Assembly: GCA_029210695.1 (NCBI GenBank)
Contig: JARGFH010000003.1
Span: 1 to 64,000, forward strand
Reading direction: 5' to 3'
DNA length: 64,000 bases
Origin: Acidimicrobiia bacterium
Lineage (GTDB): Bacteria; Actinomycetota; Acidimicrobiia; Spongiisociales; JAHEDJ01
Part shown: in pieces, positions 19,434 to 29,412 of the stretch
How positions within the stretch are numbered: position 1 is the first letter of the stretch
Layout of the letters: the number at the start of each line of letters is the position of its first letter
Notes under the pieces: model-generated
Databases searched by the model: none
Told to the model about the DNA's origin: nothing
Seen by the model: only the letters and a program-made list of their open reading frames with translations
Program-made: the position numbers and the translations under genes

Positions 19434-19631
19434 CTACGTGCCTTCAGGAACGATCCTGCCCCGGACTCGTGGGAATTTCACGGGCGCATGGGCGTAGCAG
19501 TGCTCGCGCCGGTTGTACTGCGAAAGCCTTGTGTCGCAGTTCGAATCGGCGCAGACACGACCGGTTGTGAAGGTCTTTGAGGGACGAACTCCCCCTCGAA
19601 GACGCCGTCCTTTGAGTGTGTTGTCTGCCAT
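19434..19631 (-). CDS. Small basic protein with C-x4-C...C-x2-H putative zinc site
   Basis: GRVCADSNCDTRLSQYNRREHCYAH; GAGGAGG RBS. Confidence 0.75.
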   Translation of the reverse strand: MADNTLKGRRLRGGVRPSKTFTTGRVCADSNCDTRLSQYNRREHCYAHAPVKFPRVRGRIVPEGT

Positions 19632-19913
19632 GTTGGGCCTCCTCAGGCCTATGTTCCCCGTACAACGCTGGCGAGGTTAGATCTATTTCCACTATCTCGC
19701 CAGTGTATATTCGATTTCCCCTGTTCTACGTACCCGATGTCATTGCCGGATGAATAAATCGTATGCGACAAATCTCACAGGAGCGTTAACGCCGGGTGAA
19801 GATCCGGTAAGAACCCCCCGGGGCTTCTTGTGTGTGTCGACACGAGGGTTCTCATGCCCCTTATACGCTCGGGGGCGGGCCGTGGTTCCCGGGAAAGCCC
19901 GGATTTCGCCCGG

Positions 19914-21872
19914 CTACCGGCTGATGCCCAGCTTCGCCAGAAACGCGGCGTTGGATGGTTCTCGCCCGAGGAAGTCACGGAGGAGCTCTGCGGCATCCTT
20001 GGATCCATTCGGCTCTAGGACGGCCTTCCGGTATGAACGGCCGACCTCCGGGTTGGTGACGCCTGCTTCAGAGAACTTGCTGAACATGTCGTCGCCGAAG
20101 ACCTCAGACCACAGGTATCCGTAGTAGCCGGCGTCGTAGCCGCCCATGAGGTGGCCGAAACTCGAGGGGAAGAACGTGTCTTCATGGGGTGGAAACAGCG
20201 TGATCTCCTGCGATTCGGTCAGTATCGCATCGAGGTCGCGATCGTCTCGCGGTCCGTGCATACCCATGTCGAGCCACCCGAAGGAGATCTGCCGGAGGGT
20301 GGTGAGCGCAACGTTGAGATCCCGGGCGGCGACGAGTTGCTCGACCAGGTGAGTGGGAATCGGTTCTCCCGTCTGATAGTGCCGGGCGAACCGGCCCAGC
20401 ACCTCCGCGTTCCAGCACCAGTTCTCCATGATTTGTGAAGGTGCCTCGACGAAGTCCCACTCGGTGTTGGCAGCTGAGAATCGCACGAATTCCGCCCTGG
20501 TGAGTGACATGTGGAGGATGTGGCCGAATTCGTGGAACAGGGTGACAACCTCGTTGTGCTGTAGCAACGAGGGCTTGCCGGTGGTCGGTTTCGTGAAATT
20601 GGCGACGATAGCGGAGACGGGTGTCTCGAACCCCCCACCGGCAGATAGATGGCCCGGCACCAGCGGGAAGGCAGCCGCGTGGCTGTACTTGCCCTGGCGC
20701 GGAAACAAGTCGGCGAAGAAGTGGGCAATCAGCTCTCCGGAGGCCGTATCCCGGACCTGATACAAGGTGACATCGTTATGCCATGCACCGGGCGACTCGA
20801 TCCGCTGGTAGTCGAGCCCGAAGACCTCGCCGGTGATCGCAAACATGCCTTCGATGACTTGCTCGATCGGGAAGTACTGCGCTACCTCGTTCGGATCAAC
20901 ACCGTATCGCTCTTTGCGAAGCCGGGTGTCGTAATAGCGATAGTCCCATCCACGCAAAGTGTCGTCGTAGCCGTCTTTCTGCAGGAGGGCGGTCATCGTC
21001 GCTCGTTCCTGTCCGCCCTTTGCGGACAGGGGTGGGATGAGGCCCTCATAGAACTCGAACACCGCCTCGGGGCGCTTCGCCATCTTGACTTCCATGCTGT
21101 GGTGCGCCCATGAGGGTTGGTCGAAGATCGCGGCGATTCGTTCCCTGATTCGAACGGCTTCCTCGAGGATCGGCCGGTTGGATTCGACCGCCTGAGTGTT
21201 GAACTTGAACGTCAGTTGCTCACGCAGGTCTCGACGCCTGGCGCTCTCCATGAATGGGACGACGTCCGGATAGTCCATCGAGATCTTGAGGCTTCCCTCC
21301 TCATCTCCAGGCTTGAGCTGGGCTGCGTAGCCGTCGGGTAGCCCATCGAGATCCGCGGACGTGACGATCAGGTAATCCTCGTACTCGGCCAGGTTCTTGG
21401 AGAACGCCACAGAGAGCTCGACCAGCCGGTCCTGATGATCCTTGAGCTCTGCTCGCGCCTCGTCACCCAGCTCGTGCCCGGCCCGGCGAAAGTCCCGCAT
21501 CGTGAAGTCGAGAAAGCGACGCTGCTGGGGCGTGAGTCGACGGGCTTCTTCCGTTTCGGAGAACTCCCTGACGGCCTCGTAGAGGTCCTGTCGGAATTCG
21601 AGTTCGACCTGCCACTTCGACAGACGCTCTTCGGCTTCCCGGGCGGTATTACGGATGTCCTCCTCGGTTGAGACGTTCCCGAGGAACGGTCCCCGACCGT
21701 ACGCATGACCCACGAGAACGGCGAGGGAATCGAGCGGCTGCATGGTGTTGGCGAACGTGCGATCGCCGGTGAGGTCAACGATCTCCTGGATCAGCTGGTT
21801 GCCGCCGGACACGGCTCGGTCGACGGTCGCATGAATGGAGGCCCCGGTAGCGGAGGTGTAGTCGAATGGCAT
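19914..21872 (-). CDS. M3 family oligopeptidase (thimet/OpdA-like)
   Basis: TLFHEFGH, DFVEAPSQ, GYDAGYYGYLWS. Confidence 0.93.
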   Translation of the reverse strand: MPFDYTSATGASIHATVDRAVSGGNQLIQEIVDLTGDRTFANTMQPLDSLAVLVGHAYGRGPFLGNVSTEEDIRNTAREAEERLSKWQVELEFRQDLYEAVREFSETEEARRLTPQQRRFLDFTMRDFRRAGHELGDEARAELKDHQDRLVELSVAFSKNLAEYEDYLIVTSADLDGLPDGYAAQLKPGDEEGSLKISMDYPDVVPFMESARRRDLREQLTFKFNTQAVESNRPILEEAVRIRERIAAIFDQPSWAHHSMEVKMAKRPEAVFEFYEGLIPPLSAKGGQERATMTALLQKDGYDDTLRGWDYRYYDTRLRKERYGVDPNEVAQYFPIEQVIEGMFAITGEVFGLDYQRIESPGAWHNDVTLYQVRDTASGELIAHFFADLFPRQGKYSHAAAFPLVPGHLSAGGGFETPVSAIVANFTKPTTGKPSLLQHNEVVTLFHEFGHILHMSLTRAEFVRFSAANTEWDFVEAPSQIMENWCWNAEVLGRFARHYQTGEPIPTHLVEQLVAARDLNVALTTLRQISFGWLDMGMHGPRDDRDLDAILTESQEITLFPPHEDTFFPSSFGHLMGGYDAGYYGYLWSEVFGDDMFSKFSEAGVTNPEVGRSYRKAVLEPNGSKDAAELLRDFLGREPSNAAFLAKLGISR

Positions 21873-21908
21873 GCCGAAACGATAGTGCGGCTTCGCTACC
21901 GTGAGGCC

Positions 21909-22676
21909 ATGGATACAGGTTTGGGCGGCAAGCGCGTACTCGTCACCGGAGGCGCGGGAGGTATCGGGGCCGCCGTCGTCAGGGCCTTCGCTTCCGAAGG
22001 AGCCGCCGTGGCGGTGCACTACCACTCCTCGCGAGAACAAGCCGAGGTCCTCAGCGCCGAGGTTGGCGGCATTGCGTTGTTTGCCGATCTGACCGTTGAG
22101 GAACAGTCGGCCGAGTTGATTCCCGCTGCAGCCGCGGGTCTAGGGGGTCTGGATGTGTGCGTTGCCAACGCCGGAGCTTATCCGGCCGACCCGACGCCGT
22201 TGTGGGAGATGTCGCTCGAGCGCTGGCACAGGGTGCTCGACGCCAACCTGACGTCGGTGTTCTTGACCGCTCGCGGGTTCCTTCGTCACGTTCGGCAGAC
22301 GGGAGCCGGGAACCTCGTGCTAGTCGGGTCGACTGCCGGCACGTTCGGTGAAGCCGGGCACTCGGACTACGCGGCTGCCAAGGGAGCGATCGGCTCCGGG
22401 TTGCTGGCCTCGCTGAAGAACGAGGTGGTTGACCTCGGCCCGGGCGTGCGTGTGAACGCGGTCGCTCCAGGTTGGACGGCCACCCCCCGGCGGGTCTCAG
22501 CCGGGATCGATCCGCGGCACTTCGAGCGGGCCACCTCGACGATGGCCCTCAAGAAACTCGCCACTCCCGAGGACGTGGCAGCTCAGGTGGTCGTGCTTGC
22601 GTCTGATCGTCTGTCCGGACACGTGACGGGTCAACTCGTGACGGTCTCCGGCGGCATGGAAGGCCGCCTCATCTGA
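21909..22676 (+). CDS. SDR oxidoreductase
   Basis: TGGAGGIG, ANAG, YAAAK, VNAVAPG. Confidence 0.92.
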   Translation: MDTGLGGKRVLVTGGAGGIGAAVVRAFASEGAAVAVHYHSSREQAEVLSAEVGGIALFADLTVEEQSAELIPAAAAGLGGLDVCVANAGAYPADPTPLWEMSLERWHRVLDANLTSVFLTARGFLRHVRQTGAGNLVLVGSTAGTFGEAGHSDYAAAKGAIGSGLLASLKNEVVDLGPGVRVNAVAPGWTATPRRVSAGIDPRHFERATSTMALKKLATPEDVAAQVVVLASDRLSGHVTGQLVTVSGGMEGRLI

Positions 22677-22792
22677 GTTTTCTCCGCAATGCTGTGTATT
22701 GCCACGGTCCATTGCATTGCGGAGAAAACCATCTCCCGTTTCTCGGCAATGCTGTGTATTGCCACGGTCCATTGCATTGCGGAGAAAACTCA
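22674..22792. repeat. Tandem pair of palindromic REP-like units, 60-bp period
   Basis: TTTCTC(C/G)GCAATGC...GCATTGCGGAGAAA twice. Confidence 0.9.
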
Positions 22793-23530
22793 GAAGAAGA
22801 GCATTCGGGTGGCGGCGACCACCGCCATCACGATGATCACCCATCGGATCCATCCTGCCCCCTTGGCGACGGCTAGGCGGGTGGCAAGGATGGCTCCGCT
22901 CACGTTGCCGATGCCCATGACCAGCCCGTAAGACCAGTTGACCTGGGCGGCCGAGGCGAACAGCAGCAGCGCTACCGGCGTGTAGACCAGGATCAAGAAG
23001 ACCTTGGCAGCATTACCGCGCACCAGATCCAATCCGCCTCCGACGACCAGGGCCGCCAGCAACAGGAATCCGACACCCGCCTGCACAAACCCGCCGTAAA
23101 AGCCAACCCCGAAGAAGATCAAGCTTCTGAGGGGCTCGCGGATCGACTTCTCCTGTCCACCGAGCCACTGTGACGGCTTGATCAACACAGACGCAGCTAC
23201 GAGCACGAGGACGAATGCGAACACCTTCGTCATCGCCTCTGAGTCGAGCCGCGTTGCGATCCACGCACCCGTGATGGCACCGATCACCGTCGCCGGGACG
23301 AGTGGAACGACCTTTCTCCAGTCGAGTTTGCCCGCTCGACGAAAACCCGCAACGGCTGCGACTTGCGCCATCAGGATGGCGATCCGGTTTGTTCCGTTGG
23401 CGATGCCTGCGTCACCGAGCGCTTCGAGGAGCACGGGGATCGTGATGACCGACCCACCGCCGGCCACGGTATTGACGAAGCCTGCCGCGAATCCGGCCGC
23501 AATCAACAGCGCTGCCGTGAGGGGATCCAT
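22790..23530 (-). CDS. TauE/SafE (TSUP) family exporter
   Basis: AGFVNTVAGGG, ANGTNR, GFYGGFVQAGVG. Confidence 0.9.
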   Translation of the reverse strand: MDPLTAALLIAAGFAAGFVNTVAGGGSVITIPVLLEALGDAGIANGTNRIAILMAQVAAVAGFRRAGKLDWRKVVPLVPATVIGAITGAWIATRLDSEAMTKVFAFVLVLVAASVLIKPSQWLGGQEKSIREPLRSLIFFGVGFYGGFVQAGVGFLLLAALVVGGGLDLVRGNAAKVFLILVYTPVALLLFASAAQVNWSYGLVMGIGNVSGAILATRLAVAKGAGWIRWVIIVMAVVAATRMLFF

Positions 23531-23634
23531 GACGGGGGATGTTAGAGCGCCCGGTGTGAGCAGGGCCCGTCTAGAGGGTTGAGAACCGGTGCTTTGAGTC
23601 GCACCGGTAGGAAATGAGGGCATATGATCGAGCC

Positions 23635-24000
23635 ATGAGCGAAGAAGTACGCGTCACGGCGATCATGCACGACACAACCGACCTCGATCAGGCGGTCGAT
23701 TTCTGGACGGCAGTCCTCGGCATCGAGGTTCTCGAGCGAGCGGGCAACTTCGTGTATCTCGGGCGCCTCAGCGGCGAAGGCCCTCACCTCGCCTTTCAGC
23801 TCGTCCCGGAAGCCAAGGAGGTCAAGAACCGCCTTCATCTCGATATCCAGGTCCCCGATCGAGCTGATTTCGCAGCCAGGATCGAGGAGCTTGGAGGCCG
23901 GCGCCTCGGCGAACATCAGGAGGGCGAATTTCCCGCCTGGATTGTCATGGCCGATCCGCAGGGCAACGAGTTCTGCATATACGACGGGCGCTCTGCATAG
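23635..24000 (+). CDS. VOC/glyoxalase family protein
   Basis: FWTAVLG, KNRLHLD, MADPQGNEFC. Confidence 0.9.
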   Translation: MSEEVRVTAIMHDTTDLDQAVDFWTAVLGIEVLERAGNFVYLGRLSGEGPHLAFQLVPEAKEVKNRLHLDIQVPDRADFAARIEELGGRRLGEHQEGEFPAWIVMADPQGNEFCIYDGRSA

Positions 24001-24207
24001 GGCTGGAACGGTGCGCCTCCAGGGCCACCTGGCCGGCGGAGGTGAGCGGTCCGGCCTTTGGCGTTGGGCGACCGGCCGGCGGTGGCCTGCCGTGCGAGTC
24101 CCGACGGTGCCGGCACTTACGCCTCTGACTCCCTGGTTCTGCCCTACCTGTTGATTTTCTTTGGCCAAACGCTTGGTTCAGAAGGGGCGGCTGGTCAGAC
24201 TGTTGTC

Positions 24208-25308
24208 ATGTCCCGATCGTTGATTGCCTTTGTCCTGCTGCTGGCAGGATGTGGTTCCGGTGTCGCGACGGTTGAAGTGCTCGTTCCACCAACCGCGCCG
24301 ACGACCACGACCGTTGTCGCCGATGTGCGGCCGTCCACCACGATCGGGGCACCTCCGCTCGCCACTGTCACCCTCGCATTCGGTGGGGATACGTCCTTCA
24401 CGCATGGACTGGCGAACGCCGACCCGTTTGCAGGCGTCGCCGGGTTGATAACGGAGGCTGATCTCTTCTGGATCAATCTCGAGACGGCCGTCGCCGAAGA
24501 AGGCGTTGGGACCACTCTCGACAAGGAGTACGTATTCATTTCACCACCGGTGACAGCCGAGCTACTGGCGGCGGCCGGCGTGGATGGTGTGGCACTGGCC
24601 AACAACCATGCGATGGACGCCGGGATCAACGGTCTCGCGCGGACGCTCGACTTGCTCGACGCGGCCGGGGTCGCCCATGCGGGAGCCGGCCTGAATCGAG
24701 CTGAGGCGTATGCCCCCGCGCTGGCGAGGGTCGGATCTGAGTCGGTAGCCGTCGTCTCGTTCTCCCGGGTGCTGCCCTCCGATTCCTGGACGGCGACCGA
24801 GAACCGGCCGGGCTTGGCATCTGCCTATCAACCGTTCGTCGACGAATCCGTCGCGACTGTTTCCAGGGCGGCGCAACTGGCAGACCTCGTCGTTGTGATG
24901 GTGCACTGGGGCATAGAGCGCTCAGAATGCCCCGAGGCGTACCAGCGGGAACTGGCCGTGCAGTGGGCGGGTGCCGGTGCCGATCTCATCATCGGAAGCC
25001 ATCCTCACGTTCTACAGGGCGTTGAACGCATCGCCGAAACCTGGGTGGTCTACTCGACCGGCAATCTCGCCTTTCCGTCGGCCTATTCGGAAGACACTAC
25101 GCAGACGGCCCTATTTTGGTTCACGACCACGGATGACGGTACCGAGTTGCACGCCACACCCGTGCGGATCGTCGAAGGGCGGCCGAAGATCGCCTCGGAC
25201 GCCGATCGAGCGACAATCCTCGGCACGCTGAATGGCCGTTCGATCAATGTGGTGTTCGATTCGGCAGGGAGGGCAACGGTCGCCGGCGGCGACTCAGTCT
25301 GTCGCTGA
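24208..25308 (+). CDS. CapA family metallophosphoesterase-fold lipoprotein
   Basis: LAGC lipobox, GGD, NLET, ANNHAMD, HWG, GSHPH. Confidence 0.9.
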   Translation: MSRSLIAFVLLLAGCGSGVATVEVLVPPTAPTTTTVVADVRPSTTIGAPPLATVTLAFGGDTSFTHGLANADPFAGVAGLITEADLFWINLETAVAEEGVGTTLDKEYVFISPPVTAELLAAAGVDGVALANNHAMDAGINGLARTLDLLDAAGVAHAGAGLNRAEAYAPALARVGSESVAVVSFSRVLPSDSWTATENRPGLASAYQPFVDESVATVSRAAQLADLVVVMVHWGIERSECPEAYQRELAVQWAGAGADLIIGSHPHVLQGVERIAETWVVYSTGNLAFPSAYSEDTTQTALFWFTTTDDGTELHATPVRIVEGRPKIASDADRATILGTLNGRSINVVFDSAGRATVAGGDSVCR

Positions 25309-26874
25309 CTTCGCTTCCCAAACGACCGGGCTGGCCGGCCACGCAATCGGTTCCCCTTCGATCCAGGTCGCCAGAACCTTTGTTTCCCGTAGCCGGTCGG
25401 GGTCAACCTCCACCGGATTGCGATCGACGATGGTCAGATCACAAGGTTCACCCACTTCGAGCCGTGGTGAGCCGGTGGCCCTCGCCGCACCGGTGGTGAA
25501 CAGAGCCAGGGACTCAGTGGCGGTGAGGCGTTCGGCAGGAGTCAGCCCTGCTCGGTCCCGGGCAGCTGCCATTCCCCACCATGGAGACGGAGGCTCCACA
25601 GGGCAGTCGGAACTCCCGGCCAGGGGCACACCCTCCTTCAGGAGCGACCGGAATGCATAGGTGCGGTCGAGCCGCTCTTTCCCGACCCGGCTCTCCAGCC
25701 ATCCTGCTTCCGACATGAGGAAGGACGGCTGAACAACTGCCGTTGCTCCGAGTTCGGCCATGCGTTCGACGTCCCGCTCCGTGATGACGGAGACATGCTC
25801 GATGCGCAAGTCTTCCGGATCGGCTCCGCTCTCCAGCAAGCGTTCGTACATGTCGAGCACGGCCGCGTTGGCCCGGTCGCCGATGGCATGCACGGCGACC
25901 CGGCCATCCAACTCGAGGGCCGCCCGCGCCATTTGCTCGGTGCCGGCGTCTATCCGGATGGTCCCGGTGGTGTCGTGATCGGCGAATGGTTCGTACATCG
26001 CCGCCGTATGCCCCCCGAAGCTTCCGTCTGCGAACTGCTTCACGCCCAGAAACCGAACCCAGGGCCCGGCATTGGAGAGCCGTCCGGCTGCCGATTCCAG
26101 GGCTTGCGGATCGTCCGTGATGGCAAGCACCGACATTCGCAGCGGCAGATCCGGGCCGACTTCGGTCACGAGATCGAGTTCGTTGCCGACCCCGCACCAC
26201 AAGTCCCCGCTCAGGTCGATGATCGCCCCGAGCGACGTCAGCCCCAGCGAAGCAAGCCCGTACATGGCCGTCAGGAACTCGTCGGGGGTGAGATTGCCGG
26301 TGCGCCCACCAACCGGACCGGCTGCCAGGGCAATAGCCGTCTCGCGCAGGACTCCGGTCGGGATTCCGTCGGCGTCCCGATCGATGATCCCCCCGATTGG
26401 GGTGGGGCTGGTCGCGGTAACTCCGGCCAATTCGAGTGCGGCAGTGTTGGCAACGGCCACATGACCGCAATAGCGGTAGAGCAGCACCGGCCGGTCCCCG
26501 ACCACTGCATCGAGGTCGGTTCGAGTTGGGAAGCGCCCAATCGCCTGATCATCGAACCGGGTGCCGACCAGTGCGCGGCCCGGCTCGAGTTGTGACGCCG
26601 CCTCACCGACCATGGCGATGAGATCCGCAATGCTGCCGGCGTCGTCGAGGTTCAACCTCATCAGGGCCGTCGTATAACCCAAGGGGTGGAAATGGGCATC
26701 GACTAGGCCCGGGGTGATCACTCCTCCGGAGTAGCGCTCCTCGACGAGGCCCGATGCTCGTAGGTCCTCCGCCCACCCGATTGCCTCAATCCGGCCGTCC
26801 CGTACCAACACGGCGTTGCCGCCCGCTCCATCCGGAGTAACGATTGATTCGGCGATGATCAGGCGTCGTCGCAT
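25294..26874 (-). CDS. Amidohydrolase 3 (YtcJ-like)
   Basis: PGLVDAHFH, DGSFG, HAIGD, RIEH, GSSDCP. Confidence 0.9.
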   Translation of the reverse strand: MRRRLIIAESIVTPDGAGGNAVLVRDGRIEAIGWAEDLRASGLVEERYSGGVITPGLVDAHFHPLGYTTALMRLNLDDAGSIADLIAMVGEAASQLEPGRALVGTRFDDQAIGRFPTRTDLDAVVGDRPVLLYRYCGHVAVANTAALELAGVTATSPTPIGGIIDRDADGIPTGVLRETAIALAAGPVGGRTGNLTPDEFLTAMYGLASLGLTSLGAIIDLSGDLWCGVGNELDLVTEVGPDLPLRMSVLAITDDPQALESAAGRLSNAGPWVRFLGVKQFADGSFGGHTAAMYEPFADHDTTGTIRIDAGTEQMARAALELDGRVAVHAIGDRANAAVLDMYERLLESGADPEDLRIEHVSVITERDVERMAELGATAVVQPSFLMSEAGWLESRVGKERLDRTYAFRSLLKEGVPLAGSSDCPVEPPSPWWGMAAARDRAGLTPAERLTATESLALFTTGAARATGSPRLEVGEPCDLTIVDRNPVEVDPDRLRETKVLATWIEGEPIAWPASPVVWEAKSATD

Positions 26875-26902
26875 CGAGCCGCCCGTTGGTTGGTTGTTGC
26901 CA

Positions 26903-27703
26903 TCAAGACGAAAGTACCCGCTTGATGGACGGTTCGAGCATTGTCTGGAGAGCGCGGTGGATGCCACCATTGGTGGCCAGGACAAAGCGATCGTCTACCC
27001 GGGAGGCGTCACCAGTTTCATTGGTGACCCGGCCGCCCGCTTCGGATACGAGGAGGATTCCGGCTGCCACATCCCAGGGCTTGAGGCCGAACTCCCAATA
27101 TCCGTCCAGACGTCCTGCCGCCACCCAGGCAAAGTCGAGGGATGCAGTCCCGAACCGCCGCACACCTCGCGCAACGCGTAATGCATCTGTCACCGGCGCC
27201 GTGTATAGGTCGGCGCGTTCCTGCCGGTCGTAGGGGAACCCGGTAACCAGCACACTCGAGCCGAGATCGGTGCGACCCGTGACCCTGATCGGCTTCCCAT
27301 TCAGGAGAGCGCCTTGTCCCCGGTCGGCCGCGAAGACGTCGTCACGCATAACGTCGACGACCACGCCCACCAATGGCTCCGCCCCGTCCCACAGACCGAC
27401 CGAGACTCCGACGTGTGGAACCCCTGCAACGAAGTTGACCGTTCCATCGAGCGGGTCGATGATCCACCTGCGTCCAGCCCCACCCGTCTTTCCACCGCTC
27501 TCCTCCGCCAGCACTCCGTCGTCCGGGCGGTGGGCATGGATGACCGTCAGAATGGCGTGTTCGGACTGGCGATCGGTCTCCGTCACCGGATCGACCGCGC
27601 CCTTCATCTCCGGGGGAATGGAGGCACCGAAACCATCGCGAACCACCTCCGCGCCGGACAACGCCGCCTGCACTGCAACGTCGAGATCTGAAGTAGATGT
27701 CAT
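26903..27703 (-). CDS. suhB: Inositol monophosphatase family protein
   Basis: WIIDPLDGTVNF, TGFPY, PWDVAAG. Confidence 0.88.
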   Translation of the reverse strand: MTSTSDLDVAVQAALSGAEVVRDGFGASIPPEMKGAVDPVTETDRQSEHAILTVIHAHRPDDGVLAEESGGKTGGAGRRWIIDPLDGTVNFVAGVPHVGVSVGLWDGAEPLVGVVVDVMRDDVFAADRGQGALLNGKPIRVTGRTDLGSSVLVTGFPYDRQERADLYTAPVTDALRVARGVRRFGTASLDFAWVAAGRLDGYWEFGLKPWDVAAGILLVSEAGGRVTNETGDASRVDDRFVLATNGGIHRALQTMLEPSIKRVLSS

Positions 27704-27774
27704 ACCGCAGAGGCTAGGCCAAAGGAACCCATGAATAGTGGCCTGAGGCGGACGGTGCCATACAATCGAGCGCC

Positions 27775-29250
27775 ATGGTGTCGTTCGTAGTTGCGCTTCT
27801 GGCGGCCCTCGTGGCCGTGCTTGCCTTTCCTCCTTTCGGCCTCGGGTTCCTCGCCCTGCCGGCGGCGGTCCTGTTGCTGTGGGCCCTGCGCAGGGCTCCT
27901 TCCGCGCTGGTGGCAGCATTGTCGGCCGCCGGCTACGGCATCGCTTTCTTTGGCTTCCTCATGTGGTGGATCAGCAGAACTGAGCCGATTGCACTCCTCG
28001 CCCTCGTCGTCACCGAGTCCCTGTTTCTGACCGGAATGGGTTGGTTCGTCTACCGGCAGCGTCGACTCCCTTTGTGGTCATGGACCGCGGCTATCGCGGG
28101 TGGATGGGCGCTGATGGAGATTCTGCGCGGATGGATGCCGGTCGGCGGCCTTCAATGGGGCGGTCTCGGCTACGCGCTGGCCCCCTACGCACCGGCGCGC
28201 GGGGCCGCGGCGTTGATCGGCGCCTCCGGATGGTCGGTCGTCATCGTGATGACGGCGGCCGTCGCCGTCGGTATCTTCGAGGGGCGGGCTCGCCGCGTCT
28301 GGATGCTTCCACCCCTCAGTCTTTGGGTCGTGCTCCTGAGCGCCGGGGCGTTGTGGCCGGCGGTTGCCGATGGGCCGTCGCTGCGGGTGACCGTGGTGCA
28401 GGGGAGCACGCCGTGCGTCGAGCATTGTGCAGGCGATCGTCTGGCGATTTACGAGAACCATCTGCGACTCACGCAGACCTTGCCTGCCGGGTCGGCCGAT
28501 CTCGTCGTGTGGGGGGAGAGCGCAACGGGATACGCAACCGACCCCTTGCTGGAGCCGACCGTTGGGGCTTCGATCGCAGACGAAGCCACCCGCATTGGAG
28601 CGTACTTCCTGGTTGGTGGCGATCGTCCGATTGGAGACGATCACTTCGTCAACGCCAACATGTTGTTCGACGCGACCGGGGCCTACCTCGGTGAGTACAA
28701 CAAACGGCAGCCCGTCCCATTCGGTGAGTATGTTCCTTGGCGTAGTGTCTTTGGATTGATACCCGCCACCGATCGGGTCCCACGCGACATGTTGCGGGGG
28801 ACGGGTCCCGTTGTATTCGACCTCGGCCCCGGTTCCATCGGATCAGTGATCTCCTTCGAGGGTTCGTTCGCCCGGCATACCCGGGAGCACGTCCGGGACG
28901 GCGCCCGGTTGATGGTGGTGACAACCAACGAACGCAGCTACGGGCTAGGACCGGCGGCCGATCAACTGATCGACATGACGAGAATGCACGCGGCCGAGAA
29001 CGGTATCGATCTCGTCCAGGCGGCCATCACCGGGAAGTCGGCCATTATCACCGGTGGGGGGGAGATCACTGCAGTCACCCCCCTCTATGAGGAGGCGGTC
29101 ATCAGTGAAACCGTGCGATTCCGATCGTCCGGAAGAACGTTGGTCAATTTGTGGGGAGACTGGGTCTCGATCCTGGCGGTGGCGGCCCTGGTGGTCTCCC
29201 TCGTATGGTCGAGGCTAGAGCCGAATCGGAATGAGCGGAGGGCCACATAG
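27775..29250 (+). CDS. lnt: Apolipoprotein N-acyltransferase
   Basis: N-terminal TM helices; WGE, K..PVPFGEY, ISFE (Ser at the usual Cys nucleophile position). Confidence 0.88.
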   Translation: MVSFVVALLAALVAVLAFPPFGLGFLALPAAVLLLWALRRAPSALVAALSAAGYGIAFFGFLMWWISRTEPIALLALVVTESLFLTGMGWFVYRQRRLPLWSWTAAIAGGWALMEILRGWMPVGGLQWGGLGYALAPYAPARGAAALIGASGWSVVIVMTAAVAVGIFEGRARRVWMLPPLSLWVVLLSAGALWPAVADGPSLRVTVVQGSTPCVEHCAGDRLAIYENHLRLTQTLPAGSADLVVWGESATGYATDPLLEPTVGASIADEATRIGAYFLVGGDRPIGDDHFVNANMLFDATGAYLGEYNKRQPVPFGEYVPWRSVFGLIPATDRVPRDMLRGTGPVVFDLGPGSIGSVISFEGSFARHTREHVRDGARLMVVTTNERSYGLGPAADQLIDMTRMHAAENGIDLVQAAITGKSAIITGGGEITAVTPLYEEAVISETVRFRSSGRTLVNLWGDWVSILAVAALVVSLVWSRLEPNRNERRAT

Positions 29251-29263
29251 TGTGGCCCTCCGC
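29235..29263. terminator. 13-bp hairpin with the lnt TAG stop as its loop
   Basis: GCGGAGGGCCACA-TAG-TGTGGCCCTCCGC. Confidence 0.7.
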
Positions 29264-29412
29264 CAGCCGGCTCTGAGAACCCTGAGGTTCTCGCCAGGGA
29301 CAAGCCGGCGGCAAGTAAGTTCTACCGTCTGCAACTATCTGCCGTCCACTTCCTCGCGGACCTTTGACCGGCTTCACAACTGACTAGTTACCGGTCGATC
29401 CCTTTCGATGGA

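Noticed and set aside
22674..22792. Possible CRISPR array (also 39783-39894)
   Set aside because: Only two units per locus, linkers of about 8 nt, no unique spacers and no cas genes
24001..24200. GC-rich foldable intergenic region as ncRNA or riboswitch
   Set aside because: Hairpins are possible, but no SRP, c-di-GMP or other recognisable motif was found
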